A stretch of DNA of 55,260 nt from Candidatus Bathyarchaeia archaeon (GCA_046760555.1 JBHIEI010000001.1:1-55260), one strand, 5' to 3'; counted from the stretch's first letter, positions 19,440 to 28,242 are shown. Translations and numbers: made by a program. The notes: generated from the sequence alone by a model not told the origin.

Positions 19440-19963
19440 TGAAAGAAGGCTTCGCTTTGTGGATAACAGGGTTACCTGCATCGGGTAAGTCCACGATCGC
19501 GAAGGCACTCGCCGAGAGGCTTAACGAGTTAGGCCTCACCGTCCAGATCCTTGAGAGTGATGAGCTTAGAAGGATCTTGACACCCAAACCCACATACTCA
19601 GCGAGGGAGCGGGATCACTTCTATAGCACACTAGTCTTCATAGGGGAGCTTCTCGCGAGGAATGGCGTTAACGTGGTCTTCGATGCTACAGCTCACAAGA
19701 GAAGCTACAGGGAGAGAGCCCGTAAGAGGTTTCGTAGATACCTAGAGGTCCACGTCAAGTGTCCACTAGAGATGTGTAGGTCAAGGGATCGAAAGGGACT
19801 TTACAAAATGGCCGAGGAAGGTAAAATCTCGGCCCTCCCAGGTCTCCAAGTGCCCTATGAGGAACCGCTAAACCCTGAGGTCACGGTGAACACCGAGATC
19901 CAGAGTGTTCGGGAATGTGTGGACAAGATCATGGAGAAGATCGGCAAGGAATTGGTGGCATAA
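19439..19963 (+). CDS. cysC: adenylyl-sulfate (APS) kinase
   Basis: 174 aa. P-loop ITGLPASGKSTIA and the RDRKGLY...PGLQVPYEEP motif. The GTG start overlaps the upstream TAG. Confidence 0.85.
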   Translation: MKEGFALWITGLPASGKSTIAKALAERLNELGLTVQILESDELRRILTPKPTYSARERDHFYSTLVFIGELLARNGVNVVFDATAHKRSYRERARKRFRRYLEVHVKCPLEMCRSRDRKGLYKMAEEGKISALPGLQVPYEEPLNPEVTVNTEIQSVRECVDKIMEKIGKELVA

Positions 19964-20760
19964 TGTATTCGAGAACCCCCCTAGATTACCTCTCCGCAGT
20001 GGGAGAGGAGTACGCGAAGCGTTTAAGGGCGGCGATTCGAGAGAGGAAAGACGCCAGGAAGATAAGGAGAATAACCCCTGATGGAAACGTCGTCGCCGAG
20101 ATAGACCTCATCGCTGAGAGGATCCTTCGGGACGTTTTACTGGATCTCGGGACACCTGTGATCATCGTCAGCGAGGATGCGAGGATGAGCAAGTTAGGCG
20201 AGAGGCCCGAGTTCACCATCATCGCAGATCCGCTTGATGGTACCACGAACTTCATAAGGGGCGTCCCCTTCTACAGCTTTTCCCTGGCCTTGGCCAAGCC
20301 TGAAGCTCGACCTCGGCTGAGTGACGTCTTTGCCGGCTTGGTCATGGATCTCTGCCACAATGAAGTATTTCTCGCCCAGTACGAAGAAGGAAGTCGAGGT
20401 CTCAAAGCTCGGACGAACGATCTCCAAACAAAGCCCTTGGTTAGCCTGTACGCCTATGGAGTGAAAATCGACCCCAAGCACTTCAACGCATACCAGCATC
20501 TCATCGGAAGGGGCCTGGGGAGTCTGGCTCTCGAAACCTGTTACGTCGCCAGGGGGCGAATCGATGCCGTGGTAGACATTCGCGGCGTCGCCCGGGCCGT
20601 TGACATAGCTGGTGCCATACCGATATTGAAGGAGGCGGGGGGGAAGATAACCGACCCTAGAGGTAGAGATCTGGATGTCCTGCTTGATGCCTTACCCAAG
20701 CTATCCTTCATAGCTGCTCGAAGCGATTCCGTGCTGAAGAGGATAGTTAGCCTCCTTTAG
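19963..20760 (+). CDS. inositol monophosphatase-family phosphatase (IMPase/FBPase/CysQ-like)
   Basis: The ATG overlaps the cysC stop (TAATG). Motifs are IADPLDGTTNF and VDIAGAIPILKEAGG. Confidence 0.8.
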   Translation: MYSRTPLDYLSAVGEEYAKRLRAAIRERKDARKIRRITPDGNVVAEIDLIAERILRDVLLDLGTPVIIVSEDARMSKLGERPEFTIIADPLDGTTNFIRGVPFYSFSLALAKPEARPRLSDVFAGLVMDLCHNEVFLAQYEEGSRGLKARTNDLQTKPLVSLYAYGVKIDPKHFNAYQHLIGRGLGSLALETCYVARGRIDAVVDIRGVARAVDIAGAIPILKEAGGKITDPRGRDLDVLLDALPKLSFIAARSDSVLKRIVSLL

Positions 20761-20784
20761 AGCCCTTCGGGATTCGGCAGGATT

Positions 20785-21216
20785 TCATGCTTTTGGGGGT
20801 TTGATCATCGTCAATACCTTGTTGAGCTGGGATGTGGCATAGCAAGCAAGGTCATAGTCTGTAACTATCCCAACAACCCTGTCACCATCGGTGATGGGAA
20901 CGTGTCTTATCCTATTTTTCTGCATCAAATGGATAATTTCCAGCACCGTCTTATCCGGTCCGCAAGTTATCACCGGGGCGCTCATGACTTCTTTGACCTT
21001 ATTAGGCACCTCAGTCTTCGGCGCAATCCTGACGAAGTCACTTTTAGTTAGAATTCCGATTAGCCTATTCCCCCTCATGACCAGAACGCTTCCCACATCT
21101 CGCCTTACCATGAGCCTTGCAGCCGCTGTGAGGGTAGTCTCTGGGGATACTCTCACGAGCTTCTTGATCATCACGTCCTTTGCCGCTAAGCTCGCCATCG
21201 CAAAGTCCCGAATCAT
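20785..21216 (-). CDS. CBS-domain pair protein
   Basis: 143 aa made of two CBS repeats (AKDVMIKKLVRVSP...; VKEVMSAPVITCGP...). Confidence 0.8.
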   Translation of the reverse strand: MIRDFAMASLAAKDVMIKKLVRVSPETTLTAAARLMVRRDVGSVLVMRGNRLIGILTKSDFVRIAPKTEVPNKVKEVMSAPVITCGPDKTVLEIIHLMQKNRIRHVPITDGDRVVGIVTDYDLACYATSQLNKVLTMIKPPKA

Positions 21217-21248
21217 AAGAGAAAATAAGTCTTTTGTAATCTCCGGCT

Positions 21249-21572
21249 CTATCCCTTCCTAAAGCCCAAGGCAAACCCCGTCACGAAACCTCCTGCAAAC
21301 GGAAGATTGGAAAACAGGAAGGTTGAGATGGTGCTCTGGAGTCCAAGCAGCCCATTGAGGTATTGTATAAGCTTGTCGTAATGGATGTCGATTATCCCCG
21401 TATAGGCGAGGTACTGAAGACCAACGAACACCAATCCCAACAAAACGGCGACGATCTTCGCGATCTGCTTTGCGGCAAATCCGACTAGATACCCTCCAAT
21501 GCCGCCGATACCCAGCTGTACAACCACCGGACTCAAAACCGTGATGGGTAGGGCGGGAAGCTCCATGATCAC
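21249..21572 (-). CDS. small membrane protein (FUN14-like)
   Basis: 107 aa with three hydrophobic, Gly-rich helices (GIGGIGGYLVGFAAKQ...). The family call is tentative. Confidence 0.45.
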   Translation of the reverse strand: MIMELPALPITVLSPVVVQLGIGGIGGYLVGFAAKQIAKIVAVLLGLVFVGLQYLAYTGIIDIHYDKLIQYLNGLLGLQSTISTFLFSNLPFAGGFVTGFALGFRKG

Positions 21573-21760
21573 TTTCTAAGTTTACACACGGAATAATTAT
21601 CCTTCTTATCGCTTCACAAGGCCCTACTACCTTTTACGTTGTTCTCGTTTTTGTTCGCTGGTGCATCGAGATCCTCAAACGTTATTCCATTGATCATTTT
21701 TGCTTGTCGAGGGCCCCAGCACTACGCCATTCGGTGATCGTTTTTCGATAGGATCTGTAA

Positions 21761-22111
21761 CTAACCAGTTGGGAGCTCGAAGATCTGCACTTCAGGAGGA
21801 AGAACAAAATAGTCGTCGGGAACGTCGCCGATCTCGACGTTCTTCAGCTCCCAAGAGAATGTGCCCTCAGGGGTCATCGACACCACTTTCAGAGTGATGC
21901 CGTATTGGGTCCAGATCCATAGTTTAGTCGTAGTCGGGGGCTCGGTCAAAGTATACTGATAAACCCAACAGGGTTTTCCATCCACTACTTCCGTGCCGAG
22001 GAATGCGTGTTCAAATTGCACAATTTCTTCCACTTCCTCGACTGGGGTGGCTATATCGGGAATAGTGATTTTAAATGCCGTGTTTGTCGCCGGGGTATAC
22101 GTATAGGCCAC
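21761..22111 (-). CDS. C-terminal half of a LolA/DUF4367-like beta-sheet protein (same frame as 22121-22480)
   Basis: 116 aa from a GTG start. The tail FSWELKNVEIGDVPDDYFVLPPEVQI is typical of the LolA-like superfamily. Only a TGA and three codons separate it from the upstream ORF. Confidence 0.5.
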   Translation of the reverse strand: MAYTYTPATNTAFKITIPDIATPVEEVEEIVQFEHAFLGTEVVDGKPCWVYQYTLTEPPTTTKLWIWTQYGITLKVVSMTPEGTFSWELKNVEIGDVPDDYFVLPPEVQIFELPTG

Positions 22112-22120
22112 ATTCTCATT

Positions 22121-22480
22121 TCAATTAACCAAGGTTATGACTGTCTCTCCCTCTACCGTTGCTTCCGTCCTCAATTTGTAATCCTCCCACCAATACTTCA
22201 CTGTGAACGTTTCCCCCTCCCACGTCGTTGTGACCATATCTGCCTTCACTCCTGCTACACCGAGAGCCTTCTGAAGAAGATCCTCAAGCGTTTCAGTTGG
22301 GGCGGGTGCTGGAGTAGGTGTTGGGGTGGGTGTGGGTGTCGGTGTTGGGGTGGGTGTTGGGGTTGGCGTCGGGGTTGGCGTGGGTGTGGGTGTTGGGGTT
22401 GGAGTGGGCCGTTGAGCTCCTGGGGAGACGATCATGAAATATCCTACTAATCCACCGATGACTACAACTACAGCTACCAA
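22121..22480 (-). CDS. membrane-anchored Pro-Thr-repeat protein, N-terminal half of the LolA-like protein
   Basis: 119 aa. N-terminal TM or signal anchor [17 protein letters not shown], a 38-aa (PT)n/(PA)n linker, then beta-rich sequence. Confidence 0.55.
   Translation of the reverse strand: MVAVVVVIGGLVGYFMIVSPGAQRPTPTPTPTPTPTPTPTPTPTPTPTPTPTPTPTPAPAPTETLEDLLQKALGVAGVKADMVTTTWEGETFTVKYWWEDYKLRTEATVEGETVITLVN
22295..22408 (-). repeat. tandem hexanucleotide (CCN-ACN) repeat encoding (Pro-Thr)16-(Pro-Ala)2-Pro-Thr
   Basis: 114 nt of ggtgt(t/g)gg(g/t)-type units on the plus strand, which translate to the PTPT... linker on the minus strand. Confidence 0.9.
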
Positions 22481-22627
22481 GACAGAATAAGAGCCGAGAC
22501 TCCGAATTTGTCCTTCAAATCAGTCCTCACTAGGTGTGAGGTTGTTATAAAAGCTTGGTGCAAATCGCAGGGCATGCATAGAGGAGTTGTTAACTCGTTT
22601 TGAGGAGAGAACTGGGTAGTTTGCGTG

Positions 22628-24076
22628 CTATCTCCAATAAAATAGGTAGAAGTAGGCTAACAGAAAAGCCAAGACCAAGAGAAGTAACATCGAGAACGTT
22701 CGCCAGTGTTTGCTGCTCTCGATGGCCTTTAATGTCGATTGTGCCCTGAGCTGACCCAGGGTGTGCTCCAATTCCCCCTCACTCTCAACCCTCCTGACCC
22801 TGGTCTCCATGTCCTGCTTCCAAACCATCACGTTGTTTCTGGGCTCACTCGCATCCACGAAAACGGGAGAATGGGTGGTGAGTATTATCTGGGTAGCCCT
22901 GCTCTCCTCCCTTAGAAGCTCCAGCAAATTGCTGGATAGCTTGGGGAATAGGTGGATCTCGGGCTCCTCAATTCCGATCGCGACCTTTCCCTCCTCGGAG
23001 TAGAGATGCCAGACCAGACCGATCACCTCCTGTTCCCCGCCACTCATGCAAGCTACGGGAAGGCGCAAGCCGCCATCCCACACGCTGATCTCTGGGGTCA
23101 CGTCAACCCTTTTATTGATCAGCTTCTCGATGGCCCGCCTAATTTTGTCCCACTTCCTCTCATCCGGTACCTGAAAGCCAAGAGGCAGACTGGAGAGTGG
23201 CTCGAGGATGGTTGTTTTATCGAGTAGTGATTTCCGAACGGCGGGAGTTATCCTTACATCTCTCGCCGCCATCACCAACTTGAACTGTCCCTTAACCATA
23301 TCCACCATGCGTCTACACGCATCCCCCAGGACCCTGGGGACTATGAGACGTGGGGGGAGAAATTCTAGCAGCTCCTCATTTGTTGGAGGTCTTTCCATAA
23401 GTTCTATCCCCTTCTCTACAACCCAATCCCGATGATCCACGCCAGCTAGATTCTTAACCGGAATCTGCCTCTCTTGAACCAGACCATCGATGAACGGGTC
23501 TAGCTGGTAAGCCCTCCCCCCAAATACGATCAACCTATCAGAGACGAGCGTTGAGACCCCCTCCTTTCTCTCTCGATAGGGTAATGCCGCCCCAAATTGG
23601 TACACTGCTGGGGTCTTGTCAGTTTCGAGCTGAGCGAGCTCTTCAGGCGCCAGTGCTTGATCGTTTTTAACCACGGGAATGTCTCCCCACTTGATATAGC
23701 GTGTGCTCCATTTTTCACCAGGTTTAGAGATTCTTCGGCAGATGGTCAGCTCCCTATACCTTCGTCCGGTCTCCTTGGCAATCCTGAGAAGTCTCTTCCC
23801 AAACAACTCGCCACACTCCTCCTCCATCATTTCTAATGTCACGGTGATCTCTATGGGTATCTCGGTGTTCTTCTCGAACCAGCAGTATGCCTCGTTGAGA
23901 AATGGTGAAGGAGATCCATCCACGTACTCGAGATCCTTGAAGAACAGATACAGCGCCTCCAAGATGTTTGTTTTACCGACGCCGTTTTCTCCAACGAGGA
24001 TCGTGAAATCACTCAGTTCGAACTCCACATCCGACAAACTCTTATATCCCCTGATCCTCGCCTTATGGACCCTCAC
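22628..24076 (-). CDS. ABC/SMC-like (AAA_15/21, OLD-N-terminal-type) ATPase with C-terminal membrane anchor
   Basis: 482 aa. Walker A GENGVGKTN, signature MSGGEQE, Walker B IGIEEPEIHL, H-loop TTHSP. The final 25 aa, FSMLLLLVLAFLLAYFYLFYW, are hydrophobic. Confidence 0.7.
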   Translation of the reverse strand: MRVHKARIRGYKSLSDVEFELSDFTILVGENGVGKTNILEALYLFFKDLEYVDGSPSPFLNEAYCWFEKNTEIPIEITVTLEMMEEECGELFGKRLLRIAKETGRRYRELTICRRISKPGEKWSTRYIKWGDIPVVKNDQALAPEELAQLETDKTPAVYQFGAALPYRERKEGVSTLVSDRLIVFGGRAYQLDPFIDGLVQERQIPVKNLAGVDHRDWVVEKGIELMERPPTNEELLEFLPPRLIVPRVLGDACRRMVDMVKGQFKLVMAARDVRITPAVRKSLLDKTTILEPLSSLPLGFQVPDERKWDKIRRAIEKLINKRVDVTPEISVWDGGLRLPVACMSGGEQEVIGLVWHLYSEEGKVAIGIEEPEIHLFPKLSSNLLELLREESRATQIILTTHSPVFVDASEPRNNVMVWKQDMETRVRRVESEGELEHTLGQLRAQSTLKAIESSKHWRTFSMLLLLVLAFLLAYFYLFYWR

Positions 24077-24151
24077 ATGGTTAGTGAGGGGCAGTAGTAG
24101 TTAAAAATGACTGCAGAGGATCTCCCGAATTAGAGGGATATTAAGGAGCCG

Positions 24152-24406
24152 TCATTCACTCTTTACCACTTCGTACCATCGCCTGGCGTAGAGAAACATG
24201 GTGAGGTTATAAATGGCCCCTCCGGTCAACCAAGCGGCCGTGTACGCGTCGATGAAAAGTAGTGGCAGTAGAAGGTATATCCTCCCTGAAACGACGTTAA
24301 CGCCGTATCCCAGTATCCCGGTTAGTCCCTCGCCCGCGGCGATTCCTGCTAGGAACTTCTTCGGCTCGCAGTCGCCAAAAACGCCCTTGATCACAAAATA
24401 GTACAT
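24152..24406 (-). CDS. small membrane protein (possibly N-terminally longer)
   Basis: 84 aa and hydrophobic. The frame stays open for 64 more codons upstream (to 24598) and encodes another TM-like helix, but contains no ATG, GTG or TTG. Confidence 0.4.
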   Translation of the reverse strand: MYYFVIKGVFGDCEPKKFLAGIAAGEGLTGILGYGVNVVSGRIYLLLPLLFIDAYTAAWLTGGAIYNLTMFLYARRWYEVVKSE

Positions 24407-24668
24407 ACCGAGGAAGTAGGCTAGTAGGGCGATCGATGTGTGGATGGCGAATCCGATCTCGAGCCAGAATCCAGATAGGAACAGGGACTCACCTACGGCA
24501 TAGCCGACGATCTGGGAAGCACCCTGACTTACGAGTCGGGCGATATCCTGACGCGAGAGTATGGGGATTCTCAGTTGGATCTCGTTCCCTTCGAACCATC
24601 ACCTAAAAACTGTTTTCATTCGTGCCTCGGCAAGAAACACTGAAATCGTTCCCGATCTTTGCTAACGG

Positions 24669-26345
24669 ATGTGCTCGGAGATCATCGATGAGCGGGAGCA
24701 GATAGTGGTGACTTGTGGCTTGCCCTACGTCAATGGCCCGATGCATGTAGCCCACCTGCGCACATACGTTCCCGCAGACATGTACGTTCGATTCTTGAGA
24801 AAGCTCGGGAAAAGGATCGTGTTCGTCTGTGGGTCGGACACCCATGGGAGCCCCATCACCGTCGAGGCGGAAAGGCGAGGCATCAAACCTAAACAGCTAG
24901 TCGAGATCTACCATGAGCACTATCAGAGGCTCTTTGAGGAGCTATCAGTCGAATTCGATAACTATGGCTCAACGGATGATCCCATCAACCACAGGTTAGC
25001 CCAAGACTTCGTCAGAGCCAACATGAAAAAGGGCCTCATCTATCCCAAGGAGGCCGAGTTCCCCTACTGCCCCAAGGAGGAAAGATTCCTCCCTGATCGG
25101 TATGTTGTTGGTGTCTGCCCCCACTGTGGGACGGCAAACGTCAGGGGCGACGAGTGTGACATTGGCTGTGGTCGTTACCTGGCGCCTGGTGAGATACTGG
25201 ACCCCCACTGCGCGATCTGTAGAACGCCAGCGGTGATGAAAAGGCGAACACACTACTTCTTCAGGCTATCGGCCTTTAGCGACTTTTTGAAGTCATATCT
25301 GAAGCACCTCAGAGGCACCCAAATCGCTACGAAATATGCTTTAACGTGGCTCAGGGCTGGTTTAAGAGACTGGTGCATAACGAGGGATCTCTACTGGGGA
25401 GTGAAATTTCCCGATGAGACCGATCTGGTCGTCTACGTGTGGTGGGATGCACCAATTGGGTACATCAGCTCAACGATCGAGTGGTCTAAGAAAAAGGGAG
25501 GTGATTGGGAACACAACTGGAAGGGCAAGGGTAAAATAGTCCACTTTATCGGTCCAGGGATCATATATCACCACTGCCTCTTTTGGCCCTCGATGCTCAA
25601 GGGCGCTGATTTCAACCTTCCCTGGGCGATAGTTTCATCGGCGGCGGTCAAGATCGAGGATAAGCCCTTCTCCAAGACTAGGGGCAATGTGGTGTGGGTT
25701 GAGGAAGACTTTCTGAAGATGGGGTTCGAAACAGATTCCCTCCGATACTACATCCTCTCCTACACCGATCATACAAGAGACCTGAACTTCTCATGGCAGG
25801 GCTACCAGGCTAAGGTGAACGGGGAACTGGTGGCGACGCTTGGAAACTTCGTCTACAGGACGCTCGTCTTCACTCATAGGCACTGGGGCAGAGTCCCTGA
25901 GGGTAAACTCGATGATCAGGTAAAGGAGAAGATAGACGAAACTATCTCAAGGGTCACGAGACAGGTGGTTCGATATCACTTCAAGAGAGCCATCGACGAT
26001 GTGCTCAACCTAGCGAGCTTCGGGAACAAGTACTTACAGGACCATAAGCCGTGGGATCTCGTCAAAACCGACAGGGCGAAGTGTGCAGATGTGATCTATA
26101 ACTGCTTACAAATCACTAAGGCCCTCGCCATCCTCTTCGAACCGATTATGCCAAAGAAGGCGGAATTGCTCTGGAGGCAACTCGGGGAGAAGGGTAGCAT
26201 TCACGACGCCAGGATCGACGAATCCCTCGAGGCCTTAAAGCCAAACAAACTCACTAGACCCCACACGCTCTTTCCGAAGGTTTCTGATGAAAAAATCGAG
26301 AGCATAACGAGGGTTATGCAGAGGCGTTTGAAGTCTAATCGATGA
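24669..26345 (+). CDS. metG: methionyl-tRNA synthetase
   Basis: 558 aa. HIGH-type motif PYVNGPMHVAHL, zinc knuckle CPHCGTANVRGDECDIGCG, KMSKS-type FSKTRG, and the anticodon-binding helical domain. Confidence 0.92.
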   Translation: MCSEIIDEREQIVVTCGLPYVNGPMHVAHLRTYVPADMYVRFLRKLGKRIVFVCGSDTHGSPITVEAERRGIKPKQLVEIYHEHYQRLFEELSVEFDNYGSTDDPINHRLAQDFVRANMKKGLIYPKEAEFPYCPKEERFLPDRYVVGVCPHCGTANVRGDECDIGCGRYLAPGEILDPHCAICRTPAVMKRRTHYFFRLSAFSDFLKSYLKHLRGTQIATKYALTWLRAGLRDWCITRDLYWGVKFPDETDLVVYVWWDAPIGYISSTIEWSKKKGGDWEHNWKGKGKIVHFIGPGIIYHHCLFWPSMLKGADFNLPWAIVSSAAVKIEDKPFSKTRGNVVWVEEDFLKMGFETDSLRYYILSYTDHTRDLNFSWQGYQAKVNGELVATLGNFVYRTLVFTHRHWGRVPEGKLDDQVKEKIDETISRVTRQVVRYHFKRAIDDVLNLASFGNKYLQDHKPWDLVKTDRAKCADVIYNCLQITKALAILFEPIMPKKAELLWRQLGEKGSIHDARIDESLEALKPNKLTRPHTLFPKVSDEKIESITRVMQRRLKSNR

Positions 26346-26414
26346 AGGGTGCATCAGAAAGGCAAAGGCAGATCTCGTCAGATCAATTGGGCTCCTTTGC
26401 CGCTAATCCTCTCA

Positions 26415-26759
26415 TCAACCATCACGCCTTATTCTTACAATGGTTTTGGGCGTGACCTGGACTTCCCCATCAGGGTCCGTACCCTCGACCCTTATGAGAA
26501 TGCGATCAGGGGCAGCAGAGGATTCAACCCCCAGAAAAATACAAGCCGGGGCGTACAGCTCCATCCCCTTCGTCACCACTCGAATCTTGTCGAGCAGAAA
26601 GTCGTATTTGAGCATAGTTTCGGCCGTTTTGATCCTATTCTCCGAAAAACACGATGCGTCGAGGATAGTGTCGCGGGCGCTACGATCAGGTGGCAGCGAG
26701 ACTACAATCCTCTTCGCTGCCCTGACCCCCCTGATCCGCTGGTAGGTCATGTTACTCAA
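26415..26759 (-). CDS. hypothetical protein
   Basis: 114 aa with coding-like composition. It lies 55 nt downstream of the RHH gene on the same strand. No family recognised. Confidence 0.4.
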   Translation of the reverse strand: MSNMTYQRIRGVRAAKRIVVSLPPDRSARDTILDASCFSENRIKTAETMLKYDFLLDKIRVVTKGMELYAPACIFLGVESSAAPDRILIRVEGTDPDGEVQVTPKTIVRIRRDG

Positions 26760-26814
26760 TCACGTCGAAAGTTTATGATACCATCTAGGGTGTAGCGTTG
26801 AAATAAGAGAGGTC

Positions 26815-27051
26815 CTAATCCACCTTAACTCGTGTGGGCTTTTTGGCTCGGGCAGACTTCGGCTTAGGAACAACTGCTCCATGAAACTTGTCTATAGCCA
26901 TCTTCACAATAGCTGACTTGCTCAGGTCGATCCGTACGTCGGGGATCTCGGACAATATCTGCTTCCTTAAGGCATCTCTTATCTCGCCGAGCTTTCTCTC
27001 CTGCTCATCACCCAGGTACACGGTTAGCTTTCCCATCCTCAAAGTAGGCAT
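26815..27051 (-). CDS. ribbon-helix-helix (CopG/antitoxin-like) DNA-binding protein
   Basis: 78 aa. Beta strand KLTVYLGDEQ, helix ERKLGEIRDAL, helix SKSAIVKMAIDKF, and a basic tail. Confidence 0.55.
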   Translation of the reverse strand: MPTLRMGKLTVYLGDEQERKLGEIRDALRKQILSEIPDVRIDLSKSAIVKMAIDKFHGAVVPKPKSARAKKPTRVKVD

Positions 27052-27161
27052 ATAACCTATAAAGACTTATCTTAACTTACAATAGCTTATTCTATTTGGC
27101 TCATGAAAGCACCGTCTTTCGGTAAAAGATTTTAAAAGAGTCACAGAAGATTCGTTTTCGA

Positions 27162-27434
27162 ATGTCCTATAAGTGTCCTTTCTGTGACAAGGCATTCGAA
27201 TCCGATCAGTACGAAAAATTCAGGAGACACATGGAGATAGAGGCGATCACGCGAGGAGGACTGAGAAGGGTGAAATTCGACATCGGCTTCGGGACCACGG
27301 TTAAGCTAGGCTTTGGAATTGGACTCGGCATGCTCATCCTTTACTCCATAGTTGGCCTGGTATTTGGGTACATGCTCATGCCGAGAATCATACCGCTTCT
27401 CATGCGGTTTGTTATACCTGGACTGGCACAATAG
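27162..27434 (+). CDS. C2H2 zinc-finger protein with C-terminal transmembrane segments
   Basis: 90 aa. YKCPFCDKAFESDQYEKFRRHME is a classical C2H2 finger. Two hydrophobic helices follow. Confidence 0.55.
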   Translation: MSYKCPFCDKAFESDQYEKFRRHMEIEAITRGGLRRVKFDIGFGTTVKLGFGIGLGMLILYSIVGLVFGYMLMPRIIPLLMRFVIPGLAQ

Positions 27435-27492
27435 ATCGGAGCGGTTCACAACGAATGGATCTTAGCGATGTCCCTAATGGGGACAAGTATAT

Positions 27493-28242
27493 ATGACCAC
27501 GTCATTGAATCCTGACATGGACGTGCAAAAAGGAGAAGAGTTGAAGAGATTCAGAATAGTCCACAAACCAGTATACTCAGCACTAGAAGTCACCCTAGAG
27601 GAGGGAGAGAAGGTCGTTGGCGAGGCGGGGGGCATGGCGTTCATGGACTCCACGGTTGGAATTGAAACGTCGGCTCGAGGAGGTATTTTCAATGCGTTCA
27701 AGAGGGCGCTTGTCGGAAGAGAAGCCTTCTTCATGAACACCTTTCATGGTCCAGGGAAGATCGTATTCGCGCCACCTTACGATGGTGACATCTTCCACAT
27801 TCCCTTAAAAGAGGATGAGACCTGGCTAGTCCAAGGAGGCTCCTACATGGCCTCCTCATCCTCCGTGAAGATAGACACTAAGTGGGGGGGCTTCAAAGGC
27901 CTTCTGGCCGAAGGCAACCTCTTCTTCCTGAAGATCGACGGTCCAGGGGATCTGTTTCTCTCCGTTTATGGGGCCATCGACGAGCGCACCCTGGTTCCGG
28001 GTGAGAGGTTCATCATCGATACGGGTCACTTGGTTGGCTTCAAAGGTAAAGAAGTAAAATTCGACATCAGGAGAGTTGGTGGGTGGAAGTCCACCTTCCT
28101 GAGCGGTGAGGGAATCGTCACACAGCTCTACGGCCCCTGCAGGCTTCTCACTCAGACTCGCAGCATCGACTCCTTCGTGACATGGCTCATCAAGATGTTG
28201 CCCACGGAACGCGGACGAGTTACCTTTAGAGTCGGAAGATAG
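27493..28242 (+). CDS. AIM24/DUF124 (TIGR00266-type) family protein
   Basis: 249 aa. Beta-rich repeats GEAGGMAFMD, LVQGGSYMASS, DTGHLVGF and GEGIVTQLYGPC are typical of this family. Confidence 0.7.
   Translation: MTTSLNPDMDVQKGEELKRFRIVHKPVYSALEVTLEEGEKVVGEAGGMAFMDSTVGIETSARGGIFNAFKRALVGREAFFMNTFHGPGKIVFAPPYDGDIFHIPLKEDETWLVQGGSYMASSSSVKIDTKWGGFKGLLAEGNLFFLKIDGPGDLFLSVYGAIDERTLVPGERFIIDTGHLVGFKGKEVKFDIRRVGGWKSTFLSGEGIVTQLYGPCRLLTQTRSIDSFVTWLIKMLPTERGRVTFRVGR

Noticed and set aside
22121-22123. The in-frame TGA as a selenocysteine codon
   Set aside because: I saw no SECIS-like structure and no Sec-machinery genes. The family is not a known selenoprotein family. A nonsense mutation, sequencing error or true gene boundary is more parsimonious.
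22007-22450. 147-aa plus-strand ORF with a striking [12 protein letters not shown] repeat
   Set aside because: It is the antisense reading of the Pro-Thr hexanucleotide repeat and of the LolA-like gene, so it is a shadow ORF.
26360-26400. GGCAAAGG...CCTTTGCC inverted repeat after metG as a terminator
   Set aside because: The 25-nt loop makes a stable hairpin doubtful, and no T-tract follows.
26349-26795. 148-aa plus-strand ORF downstream of metG
   Set aside because: It is Pro/Arg/Ser-rich with non-protein-like composition. It fully overlaps the more coding-like minus-strand ORF 26415-26759, which is co-oriented with the RHH gene.
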